Shown: positions 24,185 through 34,240 of the stretch, in pieces
Position numbering within the stretch: position 1 is the first letter of the stretch
Layout of the letters: each line of letters opens with the position of its first letter
Source of the DNA: an uncultured Alphaproteobacteria bacterium
Lineage (GTDB): Bacteria > Pseudomonadota > Alphaproteobacteria > Rhizobiales > Xanthobacteraceae
Length of the DNA: 64,000 nt
Assembly: GCA_963751685.1 (NCBI GenBank)
Contig: CAVVVV010000009.1
Coordinates: forward strand, 200,563-264,562
Reading direction: 5' to 3'
The notes under the pieces: generated by a model
What the model was told of the DNA's origin: nothing
The model's input: only the letters and a program-made list of their open reading frames with translations
Database searches by the model: none
Program-made: the position numbers and the translations under genes

Positions 24185-25005
24185 TGCGCTTTCTTTTTCT
24201 CGGCGACGTGGTCGGAAGGCCGGGCCGCGAGGCGGTGACGAGCCGGCTGCCGAAGTTGCGCGAGCGCTGGAAACTCGATTTTGTCGCGATCAATGGCGAG
24301 AATTCCGCCGGCGGCTTCGGCATCACGGAAGCGATCTACAACGAGCTTTGCGACGCCGGCGCCGACGCGATCACGCTCGGCAACCACGCCTGGGACCAGC
24401 GCGAGGCGCTCGTCTTTATCGAGCGCGCGCCGAAATTGATCCGTCCCCTCAACTATCCGGCCGGCGTGCCGGGACGCGGCGCCGCGCTCGCCGCGACGAA
24501 GAGCGGCGCGCGCGTCCTCATCATCAACGCGATGGGCCGCGTGTTCATGGATCAGCTCGACGATCCGTTCGCCGCGGTCGAGCGCGAGCTTGCCGCCTGC
24601 CCGCTTGGTGCTGCCTGCGACGTGGCGGTGTGCGATTTCCACGCCGAGGCGACGAGCGAAAAGCAATCATTCGCGCATTATTTCGACGGCCGCCTTTCGC
24701 TCGTCGTCGGCACCCATACCCACGCGCCGACTTCCGATCACCGCGTGCTGGCCGGCGGCACCGCCTATGTCAGCGACATCGGCATGTGCGGCGACTACGA
24801 CAGCGTCTTGGGCATGGGCAAGGAGGAGCCGATCCGCCGCTTCCTCACCAAGGTTCCATCCTCCCGCTTCGAGCCGGCGACCGGCGAGGGCACGCTCGTG
24901 GGCGTCGCGGTCGAGATCGACGAGCGTTCTGGGCGCGCGCTTCGTATCGCGCCGCTCCGACTCGGCGGCTGTCTCGAGGAGACGAGTCCGAAATTTTGGG
25001 ATTAG
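24184..25005 (+). CDS. YmdB-like (TIGR00282) metallophosphoesterase
   Basis: Intact. Motifs: MRFLFLGDVVGRPGR.., ..VAINGENSAGGFGIT.., ..ITLGNHAWDQ.., ..GTHTHAPTSD... The start overlaps the upstream stop (TGATG). Confidence 0.88.
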   Translation: MRFLFLGDVVGRPGREAVTSRLPKLRERWKLDFVAINGENSAGGFGITEAIYNELCDAGADAITLGNHAWDQREALVFIERAPKLIRPLNYPAGVPGRGAALAATKSGARVLIINAMGRVFMDQLDDPFAAVERELAACPLGAACDVAVCDFHAEATSEKQSFAHYFDGRLSLVVGTHTHAPTSDHRVLAGGTAYVSDIGMCGDYDSVLGMGKEEPIRRFLTKVPSSRFEPATGEGTLVGVAVEIDERSGRALRIAPLRLGGCLEETSPKFWD

Positions 25006-25007
25006 AG

Positions 25008-25481
25008 TTATTTCCTCAAGCCCAGCCGTGCCAGCAATGCGTCGAGCGCGGGCCGCTGGCCCTTCAGGATTTTCCGCCGCGCCTCATCCGGCGAGAGCCA
25101 AGCGGCGCGATCAATTTCGGGAAAATCGCTTACCTTCCCCGATTTCGGCGGCCATTCGAGCGAAAACGTATTGCTCTTGAGCTTCGTCACGTCGAACTCG
25201 CCTTCCACCGCCCACGCCGAGACGGTCTTCGCGCTCGATTGCCGGAAGTCGCCGAGCGGAACGAATTCGCCCGCGGGCGTCGCCCCCGTCTCTTCCTCGA
25301 ATTCGCGCTTGGCTGCGGCGAGCGCTTCTTCGCCCGTCTCGTACAATCCCTTCGGAATCGACCAGGCGCCGTCGTCCTTATTTTTCCAGAACGGCCCGCC
25401 CGGATGCACGAGCAACACTTCGACCGCGTCGCCCGCGCGGCGATACATCAAGATGCCTGCGCTTCGCTCCGGCATCGACAA
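25008..25481 (-). CDS. NUDIX hydrolase
   Basis: Intact 157-aa ORF. The Nudix box is GLYETGEEALAAAKREFEEETG. Confidence 0.85.
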   Translation of the reverse strand: MSMPERSAGILMYRRAGDAVEVLLVHPGGPFWKNKDDGAWSIPKGLYETGEEALAAAKREFEEETGATPAGEFVPLGDFRQSSAKTVSAWAVEGEFDVTKLKSNTFSLEWPPKSGKVSDFPEIDRAAWLSPDEARRKILKGQRPALDALLARLGLRK

Positions 25482-25603
25482 CCTTTCGGTTCAGTTCTTG
25501 ATCGCCGCGCGCGCGACGCCATCGGTCACGTAATCCGACCTTCGGCGCGCTGACGATGGAAGTCGAGAATTTTTCGATGCGGCCTGTGGCCGGAAGCCCG
25601 AGT

Positions 25604-26134
25604 CTAGCGATCCCGTCCGCCGAAGGCCGCCTTCAACAAGCCGATCTGCGTTTCGACCGGATTCGCGCCGGGCTTGAGCGGCACCGGCGCTTTTTCGACG
25701 CCGCCATAGACGAGCTGATCGAGCCGCGCCACCTGCTCGTGCAGGCGCCGCGAATTGGCGATGAGTTGCAGCAGTTTCTTCGGCAGCGCCGTCAGCGAAT
25801 CCTCGTGCGGCGGCTGATAGGGGGCGAGCTTCACCTTCATCTTCTCGGCGCGCGCCTGGTCGAAGGTGAGCTCGCCTTCGTTGACCGCGCGCTGCAACAA
25901 GAGCCACGACGCAAGCTGCATCAGCCGCGTGGTGAGGCGCATCGATTCGGTGGCATAGGCAAGCGCCGCGGAACGATCGAGCCCCTTCGCTTCCTTGCGG
26001 CCGGGGCCGTCGAGATAGGCGGCGGTCATCTCCACGAGCGCCATGCCTTCGCGGAACAAGGCGCTGAACGCTTCACCCGTGGCGCGGCGCTTTGCCAACA
26101 CGACGGGATCCGCCGAACTCGATACTTCGGACAT
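25604..26134 (-). CDS. rcdA: DUF1465 protein (RcdA-like regulator of CtrA degradation)
   Basis: Start chosen at MSEVSSS (26134). ..EGMALVEMTAAYLDGPGR..ALAYATESMRLTTRLMQLASWLLLQRAV.. is typical DUF1465. Confidence 0.75.
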   Translation of the reverse strand: MSEVSSSADPVVLAKRRATGEAFSALFREGMALVEMTAAYLDGPGRKEAKGLDRSAALAYATESMRLTTRLMQLASWLLLQRAVNEGELTFDQARAEKMKVKLAPYQPPHEDSLTALPKKLLQLIANSRRLHEQVARLDQLVYGGVEKAPVPLKPGANPVETQIGLLKAAFGGRDR

Positions 26135-26266
26135 TACGCTACTCCGTCCCGGCTCTATTGATCCGACGAACAAGGGCGGCTTGTAAAGCCGCCTTGTCCC
26201 GCTTTGCGCGGGCCGCTGAACTACTTGCAAATCGCGCGCCGCGCTTCCGTGCCGGGCCGGGACATG

Positions 26267-26305
26267 AAAAAAAGAGCCGCTAGAAGCGGCTCTTAAGAGT
26301 TTTTC
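26267..26305 (-). terminator. Strong (possibly bidirectional) intrinsic terminator
   Basis: AAGAGCCGC-TAGA-GCGGCTCTT is flanked by A7 on one side (a T-run on the minus strand) and GAGTTTTT on the other. Confidence 0.8.
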
Positions 26306-26382
26306 ACAGGGAGGCGTCAAACAGAGTGGACAGGAGCCACTCGCGTCCAGAAGCTGGACAAATCGATAATGGGCAGGAAACC

Positions 26383-26397
26383 TTAATAAATGGTTAA
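26383..26397. promoter_or_regulatory. Perfect CtrA-type box TTAA-N7-TTAA
   Basis: TTAATAAATGGTTAA in an AT-rich intergenic stretch between the DUF1192 gene and rcdA. Confidence 0.4.
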
Positions 26398-26440
26398 TTT
26401 TTACGGCCGCGCTTGAGCGAAGGCGAGCACCGGCGCCAAT

Positions 26441-26626
26441 TCAGCGCTTGAAGAAGGTGTCGGCGGCGTCCTTCGACGACTCCTTGGAGCGGATGACGGC
26501 CTCCAGACGCGCGATTTCCTCTTGTAGCGCGCCAATCCGCTCCCGCAGCTCCCCCACCGACAACAGGCTGAGGTCCGAGCCGATTTCGTGCACGGTCTTC
26601 GGGCGGCGGATCGGTTCTTCTTCCAT
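26441..26626 (-). CDS. DUF1192 family small coiled-coil protein
   Basis: Intact 61-aa ORF with ..LSLLSVGELRERIGALQEEIARLEAVI... Confidence 0.7.
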   Translation of the reverse strand: MEEEPIRRPKTVHEIGSDLSLLSVGELRERIGALQEEIARLEAVIRSKESSKDAADTFFKR

Positions 26627-26730
26627 CGCGTCCCTCCGGGGAGCCGGACCAGGTTAACGGAGCCGGGGTGCCGTTGTCATGGCCGGACGGAATTCGTAGG
26701 AGAAACGTCCCGTTTCAAGCCGGAGTTTCC

Positions 26731-27732
26731 ATGCCGCTGCCCACCCGCATGACCGCAATCGCCATCAGCGCTCCCGGCGGCCCCGAGGTGCTGAAGCCCG
26801 AGCAGCGCGACGTGCCGAAGCCGGGCGAAAGCGAAATTCTCGTGAAAGTCGCCGCCGCCGGCGTCAACCGCCCCGACGTCATGCAGCGCAAGGGTCAATA
26901 CCCGCCGCCGCCCGGCGCGCCCGATATCCCGGGCCTCGAGATCGCCGGCGAAGTCGCCGCGGTCGGCGGCAAGGTGAAGCGCTGGAAGGTCGGCGATCAT
27001 GTAACCTCGCTTGTCGCCGGCGGCGGCTATGCCGAGTATTGCCTCGCCGACGAGACGGTCGCGCTTCCGATCCCCAAAGGCTTCTCGATGCTGGAGGCCG
27101 CGGCCCTTCCCGAAACCTGCATGACGGTTTGGCACAACGTCTTTCAGCGCGGCGCGCTGAAGTCGGGGGAAACGATCCTGATCCACGGCGGCTCGAGCGG
27201 CATCGGCACCACCGCGATCATGCTGGCGAAAGCCTTCGGCGCCAAGGTGATCGTCACCGCCGGATCGCCGCAAAAATGCGCGGCGTGCAAGAAGCTCGGC
27301 GCCGATTTCGCCATCGACTACAAGACGCAGGATTTCGTCGCCGCGACGAAGGAGGCGACCGGCGGTCGCGGCGCCGACCTCATCCTCGACATGGTCGGCG
27401 GCGACTATGTCGAGCGCAATCACGACGCCGCCGCTATCGAGGGCCGCATCGTGCAGATCGCGACCCAGCAGGGCTTCAAGGTCGCGATCAATCTTCTGAA
27501 GATCATGCAGAAGCGGCTCACTCACACCGGCTCGACGCTGCGCCCGCGTCCGGTCGCCGACAAGGCGATGATCGCGCGCGACCTCGAGGAGAAAGCCTGG
27601 CCGCTGTTGTCGGCGGGCAAGATCAAGCCGGTGATCGATTCCACATTTCCCTTGCGGGAGGCCTCGAAGGCGCATGCGCGCATGGAGTCGAGCGCCCATG
27701 TCGGCAAAATCGTGCTCGAAGTCGGCGCCTGA
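26731..27732 (+). CDS. NAD(P)H:quinone oxidoreductase (zeta-crystallin/PIG3 MDR family)
   Basis: Intact. Motifs: ..[44 protein letters not shown].., ..[18 protein letters not shown].., ..HVGKIVL. The start was chosen at the internal ATG at 26731. Confidence 0.85.
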   Translation: MPLPTRMTAIAISAPGGPEVLKPEQRDVPKPGESEILVKVAAAGVNRPDVMQRKGQYPPPPGAPDIPGLEIAGEVAAVGGKVKRWKVGDHVTSLVAGGGYAEYCLADETVALPIPKGFSMLEAAALPETCMTVWHNVFQRGALKSGETILIHGGSSGIGTTAIMLAKAFGAKVIVTAGSPQKCAACKKLGADFAIDYKTQDFVAATKEATGGRGADLILDMVGGDYVERNHDAAAIEGRIVQIATQQGFKVAINLLKIMQKRLTHTGSTLRPRPVADKAMIARDLEEKAWPLLSAGKIKPVIDSTFPLREASKAHARMESSAHVGKIVLEVGA

Positions 27733-27812
27733 CCTTGCCTTGCCGCTGCCGCAACCTGCCGCTACGGATCGTTTTGCCCGATCAGGGGCGGGCCGCGTTC
27801 GGGGATTTCCGC

Positions 27813-30714
27813 TTGCATTGCAGCCGATTTGTCGCGTGTTTCGTGCTTGCCCTCGTGCTGGCGGGCGCCGGCCACGCATGGGCGGTCGAGGCGGTCGCGG
27901 TGCGGCCGGGCACGCCCGCCGTCGATCTTCTTCCCGCCGCCGAGCGCTACGAAACCGACAGCGACCGGCTGCAGGTTTCGACCGCGCCCGGCACCGACGG
28001 CATCGTGCGCCGCATCGAGGTGCGATCGGCGAGCGGCAAGGCCGCCACCGATTGGGCGGTACTCGCGCTTTCCAATAATACCGACGAGCAGCTCGACCGC
28101 TTGATCGTGGCGCCGCATTACCAGATGGCGGGCTCGGGCCTCTTCTGGCCCGACCTCGGCAGCTTGCGGATCGCGAGCGTCACGCCGAGCCAGGGCTTCC
28201 GGCCAGAGCGGCAAGCCTCGAACGACGCCGACATTTACCTGATTACCCTCGATCCCGGCACGACGGTGACGCTCGTCATCGAGCTCGCCGCCTCCAACAT
28301 CCCGCAGCTCTATTTGTGGGAGCCGGAAGCCTACAAGGGCAAGATCAACTCCTTCACCCTCTATAACGGCATCGTCATCGGCGTCTCGGGCTTGCTCGCG
28401 CTCTTTCTCACGATTCTCTTCGTGGTGAAAGGCTCGATCATGTTCCCCGCCGCCGCCGCGCTCGCCTGGGCGGTGCTCGGCTATATCGGCATCGATTTCG
28501 GATTCTGGAACAAGGTGTTCGCGCTGTCGCCGGTCGCCGAGCAGTTCTGGCGCGCCGCCGGCGAAGCGATCCTCGCGGCGACGCTGATCGTGTTCCTCTT
28601 CGCCTATCTCAATCTCGGGCGCTGGAACGTGCGCTACTCCCACGTCGCCGCCGGCTGGCTGATCTTCCTCGCCACCCTCGTCGCGCTCGCCCTCATTGAT
28701 CCCGCGATCGCCGCCGGCATCGCGCGCCTTTCCTTGCTCGCGGTCTCCATCGTCGGCTTCGGTCTCATCGTCTATCTCGCGACCCATGGCTACGACCGCG
28801 CGGTCCTGCTCATTCCGACCTGGTTCTTGCTCACCATGTGGGTCCTCACCACGGGCTTCGCCGTCGCCGGGCTTTTCACCAACGACCTGATCGCGCCGGC
28901 ACTTCTCGGCGGCCTTGAGCTCATCGTGATGCTGATCGGCTTCACCGTGATGCAACATGCCTTCGCCGGCGTCGGCGCCGAGGGTATCGTCAACGACGTC
29001 GAGCGCCGCGCGCTCGCGCTCACCGGCTCCGGCGACGTGGTCTGGGATTGGGATGTCGGCCGCGACCTCATCTATACGAGCCCCGAGGCGGAGCAGCATC
29101 TCGGCCTCAAGCGCGGCACGCTGGAAACCGCCGCCGCCGGCTGGCTCGAAATTCTTCACCCCGCCGACCGCGACCGTTTTCGCATGTCGCTCGACGCCAT
29201 TCTCGAGCAGCGGCGCGGACGCATCGCTCAAGAACTCCGACTGCGCGCGGAAAGCGGCCACTATCTGTGGTTCGCGCTGCGCGCGCGCCCCGTCGTCGGC
29301 ACCGACGGCGAAGTGCTGCGCGTCGTCGGCACCCTCACCGACATCACCGAACTCAAGATCGCCGAGGAGCGGGTGCTGCACGACGCCGTGCACGACAACC
29401 TCACGGGTCTGCCGAACCGCGAATTGTTCCTCGACCGCCTGGACGCCGCCCTCGCCTTCGCCCGCGTCGACGAGCAAATCCGCCCGACCGTCATCGTCAT
29501 CGATCTCGACCGCTTCAAGCAGGTGAACACGAGCGTCGGCCTCACCGTCGGCGATTCGATGCTGCTCACCATCGCGCGCCGGCTCGGCCGCCTGTTGAAG
29601 CCGCAGGACACGCTCGCGCGCATCGCCGGCGACCAGTTCGGCATGATCCTCATTTCCGAGCGCGAGCCCGAGCGCATCACCGCCTTCGCCGACACCATTC
29701 GCCGCTCGTTGCGCGCGCCCATCGGCTTCGGCGCGCGCCAGATCTTCCTCACCGCCTCGATCGGCCTCGTGCTCATCGACAGCCAAGCGCGCACGCGCGA
29801 GGAGGCGCTGAAGGACGCGGAGCTCGCGATGTATTCCGCCAAGCAGCAGGGCGCCGACCGCATCGAGGTGTTCAAACCCGCCATGCGCTCGCAGAAGATC
29901 GACCAGCTCACGCTCGAATCGGATCTCCGGCGCGCGCTCGAGCGCGACGAAGTCTCGATCCTCTATCAGCCGATCATCCGCCTGGAGGACCGCACCGTCG
30001 CTGGCTTCGAGGCGCTATTGCGCTGGAACCATCCGCGGCTCGGCCGCATCGGCCCCGCCGAGTTCATTCCGATCGCGGAGGAGACCGGCCTCATCGTCGA
30101 CCTCGGCCATTTCGTGCTGGAGCGCGCCGCGCGCCAGCTCGCCGTCTGGCAGCGCGCGATGCCGAACGCCCGCCGCCCGATCTTCATGAGCGTGAACGTC
30201 TCCTCGCGCCAGCTTCTGCGCCACGATCTCATCCAGGACATCAAGGGCGTGCTTTCGCGGAACGTCTTGGCCCCGGGCACCTTCAAGCTCGAAATCACCG
30301 AATCGCTGGTGATGGAAAATCCGGAGCTTGCGGCGCAGATGCTCGCCCGCATCAAGGAGCTCGGCGCCGGCCTTTCGCTCGACGATTTCGGCACCGGCTA
30401 TTCCTCGCTCGCTTATCTGCAGCGGTTTCCCTTCGACACGATCAAGATCGACCAGCAATTCGTGCGCGGATCCGGCGCGCGGCGGCGCGCGGCCCGTCAT
30501 CCTGCGCTCGATCATCGCGCTTGCCCACGATCTCCACATGGAAGTCGTCGCCGAGGGCGCCGAGACCGATTCCGACGCGGTCGAACTTTTCCAGCTCGGC
30601 TGCCACTTCGCGCAGGGTTATGTGTTCGGCGAACCGATGACGGCGGAAGAAGCGCGCCAGTTGATCGCGCCGACGCCGAAACCCGAGCGGCGGCTCGCGG
30701 CAAGAGCGAGTTAA
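27813..30714 (+). CDS. Membrane sensor with 7TMR-DISM-type periplasmic and 7-TM modules, PAS, GGDEF and EAL domains (1 frame break near 30470)
   Basis: Signal peptide ..[14 protein letters not shown], followed by about 7 TM helices. PAS: [15 protein letters not shown]... GGDEF: ..[10 protein letters not shown].., ..[11 protein letters not shown]... EAL: ..YQPII.., ..FEALLRW.., ..LKLEITES.., ..[16 protein letters not shown].., ..VVAEGAE... A TTG start is proposed at 27813. Confidence 0.85.
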
Positions 30715-30722
30715 GGCGCGGA

Positions 30723-31346
30723 TCAGGCGTGACCGGCGTCGGACGACAGCTTGGCCGGATCGATACCGATCTTGCGTAGCGCGCTTGCGTATTTCAATTC
30801 CGGGCGCGTGGCGAAAACGAGATCGGGGTCGGCCTCGCAATTGAGCCAGCCGTTTGCGTGAATCTCGCTCTCCAGCTGCCCCGGCGCCCAGCCCGCGTAG
30901 CCGAGCGCGAGCACCGCGCTCTGCGGCCCCTGCCCGCGCGCAATCGCCTTCAGGATATCGAGCGTCGCGGTGAGGCAAATTCCGTTGTCGATGGGAAGCG
31001 TCGAGTTCTCGATGAAAAAGTCGGCGGAATGAAGCACGAAGCCCCGTCCGGTTTCGACCGGGCCGCCCTTCAAGACCTTCACCTCGCCCGCGCGCGAGGG
31101 CAACTCGATGAGCTTGTTGTCGGGAATGACCTCGAGCTGCACAAGAAGATCGCCGAAGTCGATATGCGGCGCCGGCTGGTTGATCACGATCCCCATCGCG
31201 CCTTCCGAAGAGTGGGCGCAGAGATAAATCACGGTGCGGGAAAAGCGGTCGTCGCGGATCGTGGGCATCGCGACCAGAATTTGGCCGTCGAGATAGCCGG
31301 GTTTTTTGCCCTTGCCGGCTTCAAGGTGAGTGCGGCCGATCCGCAT
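30723..31346 (-). CDS. YqgE/AlgH family protein (UPF0301)
   Basis: Intact 207-aa ORF. Motifs: ..[35 protein letters not shown].., ..[13 protein letters not shown].., ..[14 protein letters not shown]... Confidence 0.85.
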   Translation of the reverse strand: MRIGRTHLEAGKGKKPGYLDGQILVAMPTIRDDRFSRTVIYLCAHSSEGAMGIVINQPAPHIDFGDLLVQLEVIPDNKLIELPSRAGEVKVLKGGPVETGRGFVLHSADFFIENSTLPIDNGICLTATLDILKAIARGQGPQSAVLALGYAGWAPGQLESEIHANGWLNCEADPDLVFATRPELKYASALRKIGIDPAKLSSDAGHA

Positions 31347-31454
31347 GGTGCGAATCTAGCGCGACATTGCGGCAATGCAAATCCGCGACAGCTGCCTTAA
31401 TTCTTCACGCGAACGTGCTTGGGCTTTGAGCCAGCATTGTAGTCTAGGAAGCCC

Positions 31455-32281
31455 ATGGCCCGATCTGCCTTATTTCTCTTCATCGCGCTCGCCGCCGGCG
31501 CTTGGCTGTCGCCGGCGTACGCCCTCGAATCGCCCTGGGTCTTGGGCGCGCAGGCCGACGCGCGGCTGCTCGCCGACCATGGAGGCGAACGCCCCGCTTC
31601 GCGCCGGCGTCGAGATCAGGCTGAAAGCCGGATGGAAGACCTATTGGCGCTATCCGGGCGATGCGGGCGTGCCGCCGCGCTTCGACTGGTCCGGCTCTGA
31701 AAATCTCGCCGCCATCGAGGTCAAATGGCCGGCGCCCGAGCGTTTCGTTGACGAAAGCGGCGCCAAATCGATCGGCTATCACGGCGATATCGTCTTCCCC
31801 CTCGTCGTCCGCCCGGCCGATCCCGCGCGTCCCGTCAGGCTGAAGCTCAAGCTCGATTTCGCCGTTTGCGAGAAGCTTTGCGTTCCGGCCGACGCGGAAC
31901 TGCTGTTGGAGATCCCCGCCGGCGAGAGCGCTTCCCTGGGTTTGCTCGATCAGATCCGTGCAACGCGTGCCGCCGCGCGTCTCGCTCGGCGAAAATACCG
32001 CTGGCTTATCGATCACCCGCGTGAGCCTCGAGCGTGGCGTCACGCCGCGCGCGCTCGTCGAAGCATCGGCGCCCGCCGGCTCGTTCGATCTTTTCGCCGA
32101 GGGGCCGGACGATCGCTGGGCGCTGCCGCTCCCCGAAAAGATCGAATCGAAGGACGGCAAGCTCCGCTTTCGGCTCGTCATCGACGGCGCCCCGCCCGGC
32201 GGGCCGCCCATTCCGCCGAAGCTCATCCTCACGCTGGCCGCCGGCGATAGGGCGATCGAGGTCGAGGCCCCGCTCGACTAA
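31455..32281 (+). CDS. DsbD N-terminal (alpha) domain-like periplasmic thiol:disulfide protein (2 frame breaks)
   Basis: Signal peptide MARSALFLFIALAAGAWLSPAYA. Motifs: ..GWKTYWRYPGDAGVPPRFDW.., ..LKLDFAVCEKLCVPA.. (the Cys pair typical of DsbD-alpha). Confidence 0.7.
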
Positions 32282-32356
32282 ACCGCGCGCTCGAATAGGA
32301 TGGGCCTTGCGGGGTTCAAACGACTATCGGTGCCGATCAAGGAGAGGGCGAGAACG

Positions 32357-32846
32357 ATGACCATCAAAGTGGGCGATAAAATTCCCGATGCGACCTTCCG
32401 CATGATGACGGCCGATGGGCCGCAACCGCGCACGACGGCGGACATTTTCAAGGGCAAGAAGGTCGTGCTGATCGGCATGCCCGGCGCCTTCACCCCCACC
32501 TGTCATCGCAATCATCTGCCCGGATTTCGTCGACAAGGCCGGCGAGTTCCACAAGAAGGGCGTCAATACGATCGCGGTCACCACCACCAACGATCATTTC
32601 GTCATGAGCGCCTGGTCGAAAGTGGCGGGGGCCGACGGCAAGGTCGATTTCCTCGCCGACGGCAATGGCGAGTTCGCCAAGGCCATCGGCTTGAATTACG
32701 ACGGCTCCGAGCGCGGCATGGGCGGCGTGCGCTCGCGGCGCTACTCGATGCTCGTCGACGATGGCGTCGTGAAGGTGCTCAATATCGAGGAAAATGCCGG
32801 CAAGGCCGAGACCACCAGCGCCGACAATCTGATGAAGGTGCTTTGA
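32357..32846 (+). CDS. Peroxiredoxin, Prx5/PrxD-like (1 frame break near 32525)
   Basis: MTIKVGDKIPDATF..KGKKVVLIGMPGAFTPTC joins ..GVNTIAVTTTNDHFVMSAWSK...RSRRYSMLVDDGVV... Confidence 0.85.
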
Positions 32847-32864
32847 CGCGCACGCGCCCCGCGA

Positions 32865-33071
32865 TCAGGCGATAATGTCGGGGAACAGCTGGTCCTCGAT
32901 TCGGTTGATCTGGTCCTTGAGCTGCAATTTGCGCTTCTTCAGGCGCTGAATCTGCAGCCGGTCGTAGCTGGGAGCGCTCAGCATCGCCTCGATCGCCGCG
33001 TCGAGATCGCGGTGCTCCTGTTTCAGCCGCTCGAGGTCGGCGGAAAGCTGGCGTTCTTCCTCGCTGTTCAT
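32865..33071 (-). CDS. DUF465 (YdcH-like) small protein
   Basis: Intact 68-aa ORF with ..LERLKQEHRDLDAAI...LQIQRLKKRKLQLKDQI... Confidence 0.75.
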   Translation of the reverse strand: MNSEEERQLSADLERLKQEHRDLDAAIEAMLSAPSYDRLQIQRLKKRKLQLKDQINRIEDQLFPDIIA

Positions 33072-33250
33072 GGCCCTGCGATGCGTGTCCGGCCCGGCTT
33101 ACCCGGACGCCCGGAGTATTGCCCTAAAATCTCGAGGCGGGTAGTGGATTTCGGCGCTGCAATGGCCGTCCATGATCGACTTCGGTCGAGCGTCATGGCA
33201 CAATCCTCCTCAGTTGAGCGTCGGAATCCTGAACCGGAGGGTCTTACCCC

Positions 33251-33436
33251 ATGTCCATTCAGGCGGATCTTGTCGAACTCGAGCAATTGCACCGGGCTCT
33301 GGAGCGGGAAATCGAAGAAGAACTCGCCCATCCCGGATCGGACGATCTCAAATTGGCTGAACTGAAGCGGCGCAAGCTGCAACTGAAGGACCGCATCGAA
33401 CGGTTAAAACACGAAACGAGCGCCACCGTTCACTAA
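33251..33436 (+). CDS. DUF465 (YdcH-like) small protein, divergent paralogue
   Basis: Intact 61-aa ORF with ..LEQLHRALEREI...LAELKRRKLQLKDRI... Confidence 0.75.
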   Translation: MSIQADLVELEQLHRALEREIEEELAHPGSDDLKLAELKRRKLQLKDRIERLKHETSATVH

Positions 33437-33461
33437 AAAAATCTTCTCGCGCATTCTATCG

Positions 33462-33496
33462 CACCGCCGGCTTCAAACGCCGGCGGTTTTGTTTTT
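33462..33496 (+). terminator. Rho-independent terminator
   Basis: CACCGCCGGC-TTCAAAC-GCCGGCGG, followed by TTTTGTTTTT. Confidence 0.85.
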
Positions 33497-33825
33497 GGCA
33501 AGGTCGGCGCGAATCGCACGCGCGGTAACCTCAATTCTTATCGCTAACGGGTAGGGCTAACGCGCGAACCCGCAACACTTGAAATAAATTTTCGAATAAA
33601 CCTCGCGCAACTCGTTGAGTTGGAGTTGACGATGTTGCGTATCGGCGTTCCGGCGGCGATTCGAGCCGCGCAAAAAATCGATCACGCGATCGTTCGATTC
33701 GATCCTCCGCGCGAACAAGCGCGGCGGCCGAATCCATCTTCGCCTCATCGAGCAAATCCCAAGCAACCCAGGAGGCCGCGCCGCGCGAGCAGCACGGGTC
33801 TCGTTTCGAAAGAGGATGGTGCGAG

Positions 33826-34111
33826 ATGAAGACGAAGAAACTGATCGCGGCGACGCTCGCCGCAAGCATGGCCGTGGCGGCGGTGCCCACCGCGAGCTAT
33901 GCCGTTCACGGCTGCGCCTGTCGTCCGCGGACCCGTGTTCGGCGGCTGCGAGCTTCCCGTGGCCGATTTTCGCCTGCGCCGGCGGAATCATCACGTCCGC
34001 GCTCGTCGCGAACGCTCGCGACAATCGCGAGCTGACGGCGCCCGAGGCTTGGACCTGCGGCATCCTGTTCTGGTTCGCGCAGCCGAAGAAGAAGGCACTA
34101 AGCTTCGCTAG
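33826..34111 (+). CDS. Small secreted Cys-containing protein of unknown function, paralogue 1 (about 2 frame breaks; 3' end uncertain)
   Basis: RBS AAGAGGA precedes the ATG. The Sec signal is MKTKKLIAATLAASMAVAAVPTASYA. The mature part, pieced from three frames, includes ..PWPIFACAGGIITSALVANARDNRELTAPEAWTCGILFWFAQPKKK. A strong terminator follows. Confidence 0.5.
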
Positions 34112-34128
34112 AAGTCTTCGAATTCCGG

Positions 34129-34162
34129 CCCGCGCCGCACAAACGGCGCGGGTTTTATTTTT
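34129..34162 (+). terminator. Rho-independent terminator
   Basis: CCCGCGCCG-CACAAA-CGGCGCGGG, followed by TTTTATTTTT. Confidence 0.9.
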
Positions 34163-34240
34163 CCCACCAGTATTGAGTGTTGCCAGCAGAATCGCACGCC
34201 GCTAGCGTTGCGCGGGCTACATTCAGGAACCGGGGGGAAC

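Noticed and set aside
27762-29786. Very long ORFs antisense to, or out of frame with, real genes. Examples: 27762-29786 (-) 674 aa; 49071-50567 (+) 498 aa; 55745-57304 (-) 519 aa; 34639-36276 (+) 545 aa; 21418-22524 (+) 368 aa.
   Set aside because: Their translations are Arg/Ala/Gly/Pro-rich low-complexity strings with no recognisable motifs. Each lies opposite a gene with clear family signatures. Stop-poor alternative frames are expected in high-GC DNA.
33531-33740. A minus-strand ORF (part of 33531-33890) that might encode a small protein upstream of the Cys-protein genes.
   Set aside because: Codon third positions are A/T-rich (GAT, CGA, TTA, AAT, ACT...), unlike every confident gene here. 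There are no recognisable motifs or RBS. It is more likely an AT-rich promoter or leader region.
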